A stretch of 64,000 bases of DNA from a virus, in the UHGV virus genome UHGV-0332176. One strand, written 5' to 3'. A program made the position numbers and the translations under genes. Positions within the stretch are counted from its first letter, which is position 1; each line of letters opens with the position of its first letter. This document shows positions 46,423 through 55,203 of this stretch, piece by piece. The notes under the pieces were generated by a model, which was not told where the DNA came from, did no database searches, and saw nothing but the letters and a program-made list of their open reading frames with translations.

Positions 46423-46767
46423 AAACAAAGCTCCCAAATGGGAGCTTAACTTATTTATGTATTATTTCAGTCGCAGTCATTTCTGTTGCAAGGATAACTG
46501 TTTCCCCACTAAACATAAAAGCATTCATCCGTTAGGATTAAGCAGCAATTACATTATAGTTATAGTTAACGTTTTCGTTAGCATTCATTTTATTTTGAAC
46601 CGATATTGGTGGTATCTCGCCAGGTACATTATAGCCATTTTCAATAATGTTCAAAATTCCGTCCGCCCCTAATACATTGATTTTTCATAATATTTTCCTG
46701 GTGGAGCGGCTGGGAGTTAAACCCAGGTCACTATCATTTACTTTGGGATAATTTATCAGCACCATTC
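46423..46767 (-). ncRNA. ssrA: circularly permuted two-piece tmRNA precursor: acceptor piece, then about 29 nt of intervening sequence, then coding piece
   Basis: Minus strand. The acceptor piece ends with T arm ctggg-tttaact-cccag, 3' acceptor ccgctcc and ACCA (to 46699). The coding piece begins with GGGGCGG at 46669, which pairs with ccgctcc through a G3.U70 wobble. Tag ORF 46581-46537 reads GCT AAC GAA AAC GTT AAC TAT AAC TAT AAT GTA ATT GCT GCT TAA (ANENVNYNYNVIAA*). The terminator hairpin gctcccatttgggagc plus T-run ends at 46423. Confidence 0.75.
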
Positions 46768-46774
46768 AAAATTA

Positions 46775-46803
46775 TTTATAAATTATTTTATTTTAATTGT
46801 CAA
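46775..46803 (-). promoter_or_regulatory. sigma70-like promoter for the tmRNA gene
   Basis: On the minus strand: TTGACA (plus coordinates 46803-46798), 17-nt spacer, TATAAA (46780-46775). Confidence 0.5.
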
Positions 46804-46864
46804 TAAAATAATTTAGGACATAAATACAGTTATAAGCAATTCACAAATTTAATAAAGGATTATA

Positions 46865-47668
46865 ATGATATATTATGTTTATCAAATAACAAATAAAATT
46901 AATAATAAAATTTACATTGGAAAAAGAAAATATAAAGGAGAAAATCCTTTATTAGATTCATATATGGGGTCAGGAAAATTAATTAAAGAAGCAATTAAAA
47001 AATATGGAAAAAATAATTTTCAAAAAAATATTATTCAAAGTTTTGATAATGAAAATGATGCTTTTAAATTAGAAAAAGAACTTGTAACAAAAGAATTCTG
47101 TAACAGAAAAGATACTTATAATATTCACGAAGGTGGTACAGGAAGTTTTTCTCACATTAATAATAAACCAATTGAAAAAAGAGAAAATATTATAGCTGTT
47201 AGAAAATTATTAAATTCAGGAGTAAAATTTGGTGGAAAAAAATATTTTACAGAAGAAACTTATCAAAAAATTAGTAATTTTAATAAAGAACGATGGAAAA
47301 CTTGGAAAGAAAAACCAGAATTAATGCCAGATTTTTATATAAAACCTCGTACAGAAAAATTTAAACAACATTTATCAGAAATTTTTAAAGGTCAAAATAA
47401 TCCTAATTTTGGTAAACATTGGTATATTCATAAAAAAGCTATTAATATTAATGAAAAGAAAATGTTTTTTGATAATGAAATACCACAAGGTTTTATTACA
47501 GTAAAAGAATGGAAAGATTTACATAAAAATAAGAAAAATAAAGCATATGGAAAACATTGGTATAATGATGGTAAACAAAATTATTTTTTATCCCCAGATG
47601 ATGAAAAAATTAAAATATTAAGTAAAGGGCGTATTGGTACTCTTTTTAAAAAAATTGAAAGTAATTAG
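46865..47668 (+). CDS. GIY-YIG homing endonuclease with NUMOD-like repeats
   Basis: IYYVYQITNKINNKIYIGK (GIY..YIG). FTEETYQKISNFNKERW and NPNFGKHWY / AYGKHWY repeats. Confidence 0.7.
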   Translation: MIYYVYQITNKINNKIYIGKRKYKGENPLLDSYMGSGKLIKEAIKKYGKNNFQKNIIQSFDNENDAFKLEKELVTKEFCNRKDTYNIHEGGTGSFSHINNKPIEKRENIIAVRKLLNSGVKFGGKKYFTEETYQKISNFNKERWKTWKEKPELMPDFYIKPRTEKFKQHLSEIFKGQNNPNFGKHWYIHKKAININEKKMFFDNEIPQGFITVKEWKDLHKNKKNKAYGKHWYNDGKQNYFLSPDDEKIKILSKGRIGTLFKKIESN

Positions 47669-47707
47669 AAAAAGATTTATATTAAATTTTAATGGTTCAA
47701 AGTTTAT

Positions 47708-47822
47708 TCGTTTTGCAAGCTGGTGGTAATTGGAATGATTCATCTAACTACGGAGTTGGTTCTCGTAATAGTAACAATTCTCGTGCTAATTTGAACGACA
47801 ATAACTCGGTGCGAGGGCTTGA
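47708..47822 (+). repeat. DGR template repeat (TR)
   Basis: Translates to ...AGGNWNDSSNYGVGSRNSNNSRANLNDNNSVRGL; AAC/AAT-rich. It matches the VR at 49401-49515 (minus strand) except at TR adenines. Confidence 0.85.
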
Positions 47823-47948
47823 TATAATCTCTTTTTTGAGCATTAGCTGAATTTTGAACCTTGTCTTAATAGGCTAAACATCAAAATTGTAAAAATAATA
47901 TTAGTAAAAGAATTTGAAAATATTATTTTTCAATTAGAGTAAAAATAA

Positions 47949-49298
47949 ATGAAAAGAATTAATAATTTATGGGAAGAATTTACTTCACAAGAACATTGGT
48001 TTGAAGCAAGAAAAAGAGCTTTACGAGGTAAAGTTAAAAAATATTGTGTCAAAGCTATTATGAGAAAAGGTGACGAATATTTAGAAAAAATTCGTCAAGA
48101 TGTTATTAATGGTACTTTTGAATTTAAGGGTTATAAAGAACATACTATTTATGAACCTAAAGAACGTAAAATATTTGTAGCAAGAATTGAAGAAAGAATT
48201 TATCATTGGGCATCAATGATGATTACTGAAAGAATTTTTGAACCAACATTTATATTTGATAGCTATTGTTGCCGTAAAAATAAAGGACAACATAAATGTT
48301 CAGATAAATGCAAAGAAATTGTTAAACATAATAATTATTGTTTAAAATTAGATATTTCTAAATTTTATCCAAATATTAATCATAAAATATTAAAAGAGTG
48401 TTTAGCAAGAAAAATTAAAGATATAAGATTTCTCAATGCTTTATACGCAATTATTGATAGTCATAATAAGGATACTGGAAAAGGTATTCCAATTGGTAAT
48501 TATTCTTCTCAAATTTTTGGAAATATTTATATGACTAAATTAGATATGTTTGTTAAGCACACTTTAAAATGCAAACATTATTTAAGATATTGTGATGATT
48601 TTTGTTTATTTTCAAATGATAAAAAGTATTTAAATTGGTGCAAAGAAAAAATTATTGAATTTGTTACTAATGAATTAGATATGAAATTAAGCAAATGTGA
48701 TTTATTTAAAACTAAACAAGGTGTTGATTTTGTTGGATATAGACATTTTCCTCAATATACTTTAGTTAGAAAAAGAACTGCTAAAAAAGTTAAAAAGAGA
48801 ATGTTAAAAATTCAATATAAATTAAAAAATTATGAATTAACTCAAAAAGAATTATTTAGAATGAATGGGCAAGTTGCCAGCTCATATGGTTGGTGTAAAC
48901 ACGCTGATTCTTATAGATTTATGAAAAAATATAAAATTGAAGAATGTTTAAAGGAGATTATAATGAGATATGCAGAATTTAAAAACAAATTACATACAAA
49001 TAAAATGTTATCAATGAAAATTAATGATTTTATTAATAAAGAAATAACAATAACAGGTTGGGAATATTATAAAAAGAATGATAATAATGAAGATGATAAA
49101 AATAAAGAAGCAGTTAAAACTGTTAAAATACATTTAATATATAATGGTGAAGAAAAAATTATTATAACTAAAGCATCGGTTATTATCAGAGATTTAGAAG
49201 AAATTTCACAATTAGAAAAAGAAGAAAATACAAAGATATTTCCCTTTGATGCAACATTAAAGAAAGATACTAAACGAAATTATTTTTATTTTGAATAA
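47949..49298 (+). CDS. diversity-generating retroelement reverse transcriptase
   Basis: RT motifs: EPKERKIFVA (motif 2), LKLDISKFYPNINH (motif A), GIPIGNYSSQIFGNIY (the DGR-specific IGxxxSQ form of motif B), YLRYCDDFCLF (YxDD). It has a C-terminal extension of about 110 aa. Confidence 0.85.
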   Translation: MKRINNLWEEFTSQEHWFEARKRALRGKVKKYCVKAIMRKGDEYLEKIRQDVINGTFEFKGYKEHTIYEPKERKIFVARIEERIYHWASMMITERIFEPTFIFDSYCCRKNKGQHKCSDKCKEIVKHNNYCLKLDISKFYPNINHKILKECLARKIKDIRFLNALYAIIDSHNKDTGKGIPIGNYSSQIFGNIYMTKLDMFVKHTLKCKHYLRYCDDFCLFSNDKKYLNWCKEKIIEFVTNELDMKLSKCDLFKTKQGVDFVGYRHFPQYTLVRKRTAKKVKKRMLKIQYKLKNYELTQKELFRMNGQVASSYGWCKHADSYRFMKKYKIEECLKEIIMRYAEFKNKLHTNKMLSMKINDFINKEITITGWEYYKKNDNNEDDKNKEAVKTVKIHLIYNGEEKIIITKASVIIRDLEEISQLEKEENTKIFPFDATLKKDTKRNYFYFE

Positions 49299-49372
49299 AG
49301 ACGGGCATCGCAAGGCTGCCCTGTCGTTTGCTATATGACCGCACAAGGCGGTCTAAAAAGAAAAGGATTTGA

Positions 49373-49395
49373 GTTTTACTCAAATCCCTTAGCAT
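49373..49395. promoter_or_regulatory. 9-bp stem hairpin ggatttgag-tttta-ctcaaatcc immediately 3' of the VR on the target strand; candidate DGR target-recognition hairpin and terminator. Two more GC-rich hairpins sit at 49309-49333 and 49346-49360.
   Basis: Seen directly. It lies between the convergent RT and target genes. Confidence 0.45.
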
Positions 49396-50455
49396 TAGCA
49401 GCAAGCCCCCGCACCGAGCTACCGTCGCTCAAAGTAGCACGAGAAGCGTTACAATCACGAGAACCAACCCCGCAGATAGATGAACCATCCCAAGTACCAC
49501 CAGCCCGCAAAACGAAACCTTCACCGTAAAAAGAACCTTTACCCATATCAGTATTAATAACAGTCCAACCACTTCCACCAGATGCACCAGTTGAATTTAA
49601 ATATTGCCATAAAGCACCGCAACAATCTTCTATACCATAAACAGAAATCATTCTTCTACCAGCAGTATCTACGTGTCCACCAGTTGTTACTGGGTCAGCA
49701 GCACCAGAAATAGCAGTTCCTTGATTAGAACCAAATGCATATGCAGTAAATTCATTATCATTAGCTAAATGTTTACCAACTGAAAATAAATCTTCTACGT
49801 GATTTTGATAATAACGAGTATCAGTAATTGTTGCACCAAAAACTGATTTGGTATTTAATCCAGTTCCTGATTGTAAATAAATATCACACCATTTATCAAT
49901 TACATCAATATATGCCATTCCATCAACATCAGCAAATCGTGGACGAAATGAGATACAAGATATTGAATTTGGTAATATATCGCCAGCATTATATCCAGAT
50001 AATAAATGTCCAGAAATTGTTCCAACATTAGCACATACAGTATGGAATGAAGATAACCATTGAGTATTAGATGTTGTATATCCTGTTGGAGCATCTGAAT
50101 TTAATGAACAAATTAATTCTTTATCAGAAGTAATATAAATGTAATAAGTTTTTCCAGCTTGTAAAGATGTTCCAGTATCTAAAATAGAAACGGGATTAAT
50201 TTCTTTGGCTTCATAATTTTCATAATTAACTAATTCATTATTAAAAACTAAAGGTATATTACAAGGTTCAAGAATAATTGTTGTTTTATCAAAACAATTA
50301 GTTTTACCTTCTCTAAATAATTGAGTATAAGATTTACCTTTAATTGTATTATCTAATTCTTTAATATGAACAAAACGAAATGTAGGAGCAAATCCGCCTA
50401 ATAATGTTTGTAATCCATATATACGATTAATTTGAACTTTTGAAATATCTATCAT
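49376..50455 (-). CDS. DGR target protein (C-type-lectin-fold variable protein), likely a receptor-binding protein
   Basis: The C-terminus ...GEGFVLRAGGTWDGSSICGVGSRDCNASRATLSDGSSVRGLAANAKGFE* is encoded by the VR. Confidence 0.8.
   Translation of the reverse strand: MIDISKVQINRIYGLQTLLGGFAPTFRFVHIKELDNTIKGKSYTQLFREGKTNCFDKTTIILEPCNIPLVFNNELVNYENYEAKEINPVSILDTGTSLQAGKTYYIYITSDKELICSLNSDAPTGYTTSNTQWLSSFHTVCANVGTISGHLLSGYNAGDILPNSISCISFRPRFADVDGMAYIDVIDKWCDIYLQSGTGLNTKSVFGATITDTRYYQNHVEDLFSVGKHLANDNEFTAYAFGSNQGTAISGAADPVTTGGHVDTAGRRMISVYGIEDCCGALWQYLNSTGASGGSGWTVINTDMGKGSFYGEGFVLRAGGTWDGSSICGVGSRDCNASRATLSDGSSVRGLAANAKGFE
49401..49515 (-). repeat. DGR variable repeat (VR) at the 3' end of the target gene
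   Basis: About 103 nt align with the reverse complement of the TR and mismatch only at TR-adenine positions (about 23 substitutions). The 3' end GGGGGCTTG (VR) versus GAGGGCTTG (TR) corresponds to the IMH region. Confidence 0.85.
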
Positions 50456-50551
50456 TGTAATACCTTTTATTTATATTTAATATTTATTAAATAAAAAACC
50501 CACCAATATTTTTAATTAGTGGGTAATATTTGGAGATAATAACAATATATT

Positions 50552-50950
50552 TTAATTTTCAATTAATTCAACAGTTTGTTTTCCTAATTCTATAATCATT
50601 GAATTAACAATTTTTTCTTCATTTTCACAATCATATGTTGGATGAGAACCATTAGCATCATAATATTTAATATTACATACAAATTCTTCTAAATCTTCAG
50701 AAGGTAATGCACTTTCATAAATTTCATCAGTTCTTTTATCCCTAATATAAATGGTTAATATATATTCATCTAAATGAGCTTCAACAATTTCAAAATCTTT
50801 TGTAAGTTTTTTTGGAAATACTTGTTCAACACCATTTACGGATTTAATTTCCGTTGGTTTATCATTAATTAAAAACCAACTAACACAAGAAATCAAAAAT
50901 GCAATTAATACCACTAAACCAAATTCTTGAAATTTTTTAATAACTTTCAT
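50552..50950 (-). CDS. membrane-anchored hypothetical protein with an N-terminal transmembrane segment
   Basis: VVLIAFLISCVSWFLI. Confidence 0.5.
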   Translation of the reverse strand: MKVIKKFQEFGLVVLIAFLISCVSWFLINDKPTEIKSVNGVEQVFPKKLTKDFEIVEAHLDEYILTIYIRDKRTDEIYESALPSEDLEEFVCNIKYYDANGSHPTYDCENEEKIVNSMIIELGKQTVELIEN

Positions 50951-50954
50951 TTTT

Positions 50955-51118
50955 TAATCCTTTTCTAAAATTCCTTTGTATGTTCTATAAGAATATTTGT
51001 CATTGGGGTTAAATTTACAACGATAAAATCCATTAAGTTTCTTTAACCATTTAGCATATTCTCTCTTTTCTTTTTCTTTTTGTTCTTTTAATTTTTCTTC
51101 TAATGTTTTTTCTTCCAT
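50955..51118 (-). CDS. small K/E-rich hypothetical protein, not in the ORF track
   Basis: GGAG site 5 nt upstream of ATG; MEEKTLEEKLKEQKEKEKREYAKWLKKLNGFYRCKFNPNDKYSYRTYKGILEKD*. Confidence 0.35.
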
Positions 51119-51133
51119 TTCATTCTCCTAATA

Positions 51134-51385
51134 TTAAGCATTAATTAATTTCCCTACTGACCGAATACCATAATCTAAATCAAATTTTAAATTTTCAACA
51201 GAATCATATTGATAAGTTATTTGATAATTAACAGTATTATACTTATGATATAATCCATTCATTTTAAAAATAACAGGAATTATTTTACGACCACCAACAA
51301 CCATATCAAATGGAATCTTTTCAACATTTTTATGAGTTTTATTATCTGTAATAATAGCCAAGCCTTTAATTCTTTGACGTTTCAT
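51134..51385 (-). CDS. hypothetical protein
   Basis: ORF. Confidence 0.45.
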   Translation of the reverse strand: MKRQRIKGLAIITDNKTHKNVEKIPFDMVVGGRKIIPVIFKMNGLYHKYNTVNYQITYQYDSVENLKFDLDYGIRSVGKLINA

Positions 51386-51557
51386 TTGTTTTCTCCAATG
51401 TTAACAATTTACAATTTTCTTTAGGTTCAATATATGTTTGTTTACCATTTAATCTTGTTGGTACAGAAATAACGTATACCTTATCTGATTCCATTATGAT
51501 TTTTCCAGCAAATCCTTTTTCTTCATTAAAAATAGCATATTTTCCAACATTAGTCAT
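51366..51557 (-). CDS. small hypothetical protein; start trimmed to an internal ATG to avoid overlapping 51562-51981
   Basis: The 104-aa ORF-track call overlaps the upstream gene by 119 nt out of frame. The internal Met (MTNVGKYAIF...) starts just after the upstream stop. Confidence 0.35.
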   Translation of the reverse strand: MTNVGKYAIFNEEKGFAGKIIMESDKVYVISVPTRLNGKQTYIEPKENCKLLTLEKTNETSKN

Positions 51558-51561
51558 TTCA

Positions 51562-51981
51562 TTAAGCCCAATCAATATTATTATAATAAATACCCCATTT
51601 ATCATCAGCTTCATCCATAAAGCCACAAACAGAATCTTGATTATTTTTAATTGTAAAAACTTCTGAATGCTGTTCAACATAATTAATAACTTGATTAAAT
51701 AAGTTTATTAATTTATTGTCATATTCTTTATCATTATAAATTTCAACCATACTTTCAATGTGTGATTTAAAACCATTTTCAGCTAAAAAGAAAGCACTAC
51801 TTCCGCACGTTTCAATTCCATAACCTTCCCAAAATTTATCACCATCATTGTACCAACGATAATTTATTTTGGCAAAAGCACGAATAATTTCACCACCTAA
51901 TGTATCACATTTACCTATATCAGGAACATATTGATTAAACAATTTATAATATTTCTTTTCAGTTTCTGTTTTCTTTACCAT
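51562..51981 (-). CDS. hypothetical protein
   Basis: 139-aa ORF. Confidence 0.5.
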   Translation of the reverse strand: MVKKTETEKKYYKLFNQYVPDIGKCDTLGGEIIRAFAKINYRWYNDGDKFWEGYGIETCGSSAFFLAENGFKSHIESMVEIYNDKEYDNKLINLFNQVINYVEQHSEVFTIKNNQDSVCGFMDEADDKWGIYYNNIDWA

Positions 51982-52056
51982 ATTTTTATCTTTTAAAAAA
52001 ATAAAAACCTATCAAATTATTTTGATAGGTTTAATATATCAAATAAAATTTATTTG

Positions 52057-52704
52057 TCAAGAAATAAAATTAAATTTTTTCATTAATTTTTCAATATTAG
52101 ACATTTTATTTAGAAAATAATTTTCGTTATAAAAACTACTCCATTCCCAAGTAATATATTTTGTAACAACTCTTTTATGTGGTTTTATTTTACAAAATAA
52201 TTCACGACTGCCATCATTCCAAATAACACGACAATCATCATAAAATGTTCCCGAATTTGCATCAACAAAAAATGTATTGCCATCAAATTTTGTAATTTCA
52301 TATTGATAAATTTCTTCAGTTTCATAATGTAATTTAAATGTATTTAAAGAAACTTCTAACATTAGTTGAGTAAATAACCATTTAAAATTTTTAAATTTTT
52401 CTGATGGAGTTTCTCCTTTTAAAAACTTACGTTTAATAAGTTCTTTTGAATATAAACTATATTTAGATAAAAATTCTTCATATTTTTTAAAATTTTCATT
52501 GGACAAACAATTTAAATAAGGTTGAGCATCTTTTTTATACCAAGTAGAGAGAATATCTAATCCTGTTATACACATATCCATATCAGTATTGATAGATATT
52601 TCTGCTTTCCACTTTATATTTTTTAATTTTCTTTTATAATTTAATGCTCGCAATTTAGACATTAATATATTATCGGAATTATAAATTCTTTTAAAAATAT
52701 TCAT
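52057..52704 (-). CDS. hypothetical protein
   Basis: 215-aa ORF. Confidence 0.5.
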   Translation of the reverse strand: MNIFKRIYNSDNILMSKLRALNYKRKLKNIKWKAEISINTDMDMCITGLDILSTWYKKDAQPYLNCLSNENFKKYEEFLSKYSLYSKELIKRKFLKGETPSEKFKNFKWLFTQLMLEVSLNTFKLHYETEEIYQYEITKFDGNTFFVDANSGTFYDDCRVIWNDGSRELFCKIKPHKRVVTKYITWEWSSFYNENYFLNKMSNIEKLMKKFNFIS

Positions 52705-52852
52705 TATTCATTTCTCCCATATAATTTGTTTAAGAGATTTTAATCTCTTTCTATTATAAATTTTTTTAGATTTAATAACTTTTTGTTTATATAAAGGATT
52801 ATTCCATAATTCAAAAGCCATCATATCTCGTTTTTTAAGAGGATTTTTAATT

Positions 52853-53452
52853 TTAATTAATAGCTTTGACATATTCTTCTCTTTCATAATATAAATAACT
52901 TTTTGTTAAATCAATATTTAATATTAATGGTGTTTCTTCTTCAAAATAAAAAACTAATTGATTATTTTTATAATCTATTTTATCAATATGTTTCTTAAAA
53001 ATATTTGAAATTTCACCTTTTAATATTTTAATAGGTTCATTTGATATAATCTTAAATATAAATTGTGTCATTGGTAAATCACAACATATATGAAATTTTA
53101 TTTTATTTTCATCAAGAGTAATAGTATTAATTTTATTTTCTTTTAATAATATTAAATCTTCCAAACTAACATCATATAAATGTTTAACTTTATTATATTG
53201 AAAATGAAAAGAATTAATAGCATCCATCCAATTATCAAATTTAATAATAAAATTATCAGAATTAATATATGAATATTCGTTTTCTGTTAATAACGAATAT
53301 GTTTCAAAATCAACTTTTCCATTATTATATAATTTATGAATTCCTAATGTACCATAGCCAACTTGATTTGATTGATATGTATCTATACAAGTAATAACAA
53401 ATTTATCATCTAATTCAGAATAAATTTGCCCAACTTCAATTTTCATTTTCAT
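52853..53452 (-). CDS. hypothetical protein
   Basis: 199-aa ORF. Confidence 0.5.
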   Translation of the reverse strand: MKMKIEVGQIYSELDDKFVITCIDTYQSNQVGYGTLGIHKLYNNGKVDFETYSLLTENEYSYINSDNFIIKFDNWMDAINSFHFQYNKVKHLYDVSLEDLILLKENKINTITLDENKIKFHICCDLPMTQFIFKIISNEPIKILKGEISNIFKKHIDKIDYKNNQLVFYFEEETPLILNIDLTKSYLYYEREEYVKAIN

Positions 53453-53762
53453 CTTCCTCTTGATAATCTATTTCAATTTTTGTAATAATTTCATTAAATA
53501 TTTTTTCAAATTTTCTAACTGCTTTTTCAAATTCAATTTCAAAATCATCAATACTTAATGTATGTGAAAAATCTTTTTTAAATTCATAATTATTATCACC
53601 AAATTTAGCATCTGCTGTTAAAATAGTATACATTTTATTAAAATAATCACTATAAAAGTGAGAAATATGATATTTAATAAAAGTTTTTCCAATTTTCTTT
53701 TTAAAATTGTATTTTTTATCTTTTAATCCTTTTTCATCTATATCATTTAATGTTATTGTCAT
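53436..53762 (-). CDS. hypothetical protein
   Basis: 108-aa ORF. Confidence 0.45.
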   Translation of the reverse strand: MTITLNDIDEKGLKDKKYNFKKKIGKTFIKYHISHFYSDYFNKMYTILTADAKFGDNNYEFKKDFSHTLSIDDFEIEFEKAVRKFEKIFNEIITKIEIDYQEEDENEN

Positions 53763-53830
53763 AAATTAATACCTCTATATTTTTTATAGAGGTATTATAA
53801 AAAATTTATTTTAACTTGTCAATGATTTTT

Positions 53831-53906
53831 TGGCACTCCCAAGAGGATTCGAACCCCTAATTTAACGTCCGTAGCGTTATGGTTTTTCCAGTTAGCCTAT
53901 AGGAGC
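53831..53906 (-). tRNA. tRNA-Arg(ACG) with encoded CCA
   Basis: Reverse complement gctccta..taacg-ctACGga-cgtta..agggg-ttcgaat-cctct..tgggagt-g-cca, hand-folded. Confidence 0.65.
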
Positions 53907-53910
53907 AATT

Positions 53911-54567
53911 TTATTCATAATCATCAATAAAATCTAAATCACCTTCTCTTGATTCTATTGCACGAATGCATTGATTACATAATAAACCTAAATCTTTTTC
54001 ACGATGTAATTCAGACATTGGATATTCTTCACCACACCAACTACATTCTGCATATTCTTCAAAATCTTCATTATCAAAATTATCTTCATTAATATTTTCT
54101 GTATGTTCTTCTTGTTGAGGATTATCACCCCAAAGTTTATTTTGAACTAACATTACAATATTTCCTAATCTTTGTTTAGCAGTTGGTTCATCAATTTTAC
54201 CATCTTCTAATGCACGATAAATTTCTTCAGCTTTTTTTACTAATTCATCATTATGAGGTAAATTACTATTAATAAATTGTAATTGCATCCAAGGATTAAC
54301 TTCAGAACGATGTTCATATTCTACCAACATTTTTTTAATTACTGGGTCAGCAACTTCATTAACATTAGTATAATTTTCAACATTTTCTGTTAATACAGAA
54401 TAAACACCATCTTCTAAACCAGAAGCTATTTCATTATTTTTTTCTTTTGCTTCTGAAATAATATTTTCAATAACATTGATTGATTTATTTTCATTTAATA
54501 ATTTACGACCATAAATATATCCAAATGCATATTCTCTTGTTTTATCTTTTAATTGATTAATATCCAT
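53911..54567 (-). CDS. acidic protein with a C-terminal Zn-ribbon (CSWCG...CNQC)
   Basis: 218-aa ORF. Confidence 0.5.
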   Translation of the reverse strand: MDINQLKDKTREYAFGYIYGRKLLNENKSINVIENIISEAKEKNNEIASGLEDGVYSVLTENVENYTNVNEVADPVIKKMLVEYEHRSEVNPWMQLQFINSNLPHNDELVKKAEEIYRALEDGKIDEPTAKQRLGNIVMLVQNKLWGDNPQQEEHTENINEDNFDNEDFEEYAECSWCGEEYPMSELHREKDLGLLCNQCIRAIESREGDLDFIDDYE

Positions 54568-54609
54568 TTTTTAAAATCTCCATAATATATATTATTATTT
54601 ATATTAATA

Positions 54610-54969
54610 TTAACAAGAACGATTTTTAATATGTTTAATTAATTTATCAAAAGAATCAAATACCCAATAGTCATAACCATATGATAAAATATAGTCTTTA
54701 TGAAAATATCCATTTTCTTCTAATTTATTTTTAAGTTCTTTTAATAATTTTAATTGTTCTTTTGTTTGGATATACCGATAATCAATCATTAATGAAGATG
54801 AACCATTAACAATTCTAATCCAACCCAAATCTAATGTTTGTTGTGTAGCATCTTCATCAGAATTAAATGTTTTTTCTAAAACTTTTTCAATAAATTGTTT
54901 ATGACCGAAATCATTCATTATTGTAAAAACTTCATTTGTTGGTGAAATCCAAAATCCATATGGTTTCAT
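54610..54969 (-). CDS. hypothetical protein
   Basis: ORF. Confidence 0.45.
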   Translation of the reverse strand: MKPYGFWISPTNEVFTIMNDFGHKQFIEKVLEKTFNSDEDATQQTLDLGWIRIVNGSSSLMIDYRYIQTKEQLKLLKELKNKLEENGYFHKDYILSYGYDYWVFDSFDKLIKHIKNRSC

Positions 54970-55151
54970 TAATTTTGTTCCTTAAATTTACAAAATAGTG
55001 GATTAGTATCTCCACCGCCTACATAACAAACAACTTCTTCATTTTCACATCTAAGTATTGGAATATAAGTAAAATTACCTTCTCTCACTATTTCACAAGT
55101 CATTGTTAAACCAATTATTAAACAAAACAATTTTTTCATTTTATTCTCCAA
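54969..55151 (-). CDS. small putative lipoprotein or secreted protein
   Basis: MKKLFCLIIGLTMTC signal or lipobox-like N-terminus. Confidence 0.4.
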   Translation of the reverse strand: MENKMKKLFCLIIGLTMTCEIVREGNFTYIPILRCENEEVVCYVGGGDTNPLFCKFKEQN

Positions 55152-55203
55152 TAAATTATTTAAATAAAATATATCATAAAAAAATTATTTGTCAATAGAA
55201 AAA

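Noticed and set aside
46457-46672. 71-aa plus-strand ORF
   Set aside because: Antisense to the tmRNA coding piece; no ribosome-binding site; implausible hydrophobic sequence.
46681-46727. tRNA 3'-end-like fragment (T arm plus CCA) considered as a phage att core or a truncated tRNA
   Set aside because: The matching 5' acceptor strand GGGGCGG lies 29 nt downstream on the same strand and a tag ORF follows, so it is the acceptor piece of a permuted tmRNA, not an att site.
49335-49529. 64-aa plus-strand ORF (MTAQGGLKRKGFEF...)
   Set aside because: It is the antisense of the GC-rich DGR VR and hairpin region, so its codon composition is an artefact; the real gene is the minus-strand target 49376-50455.
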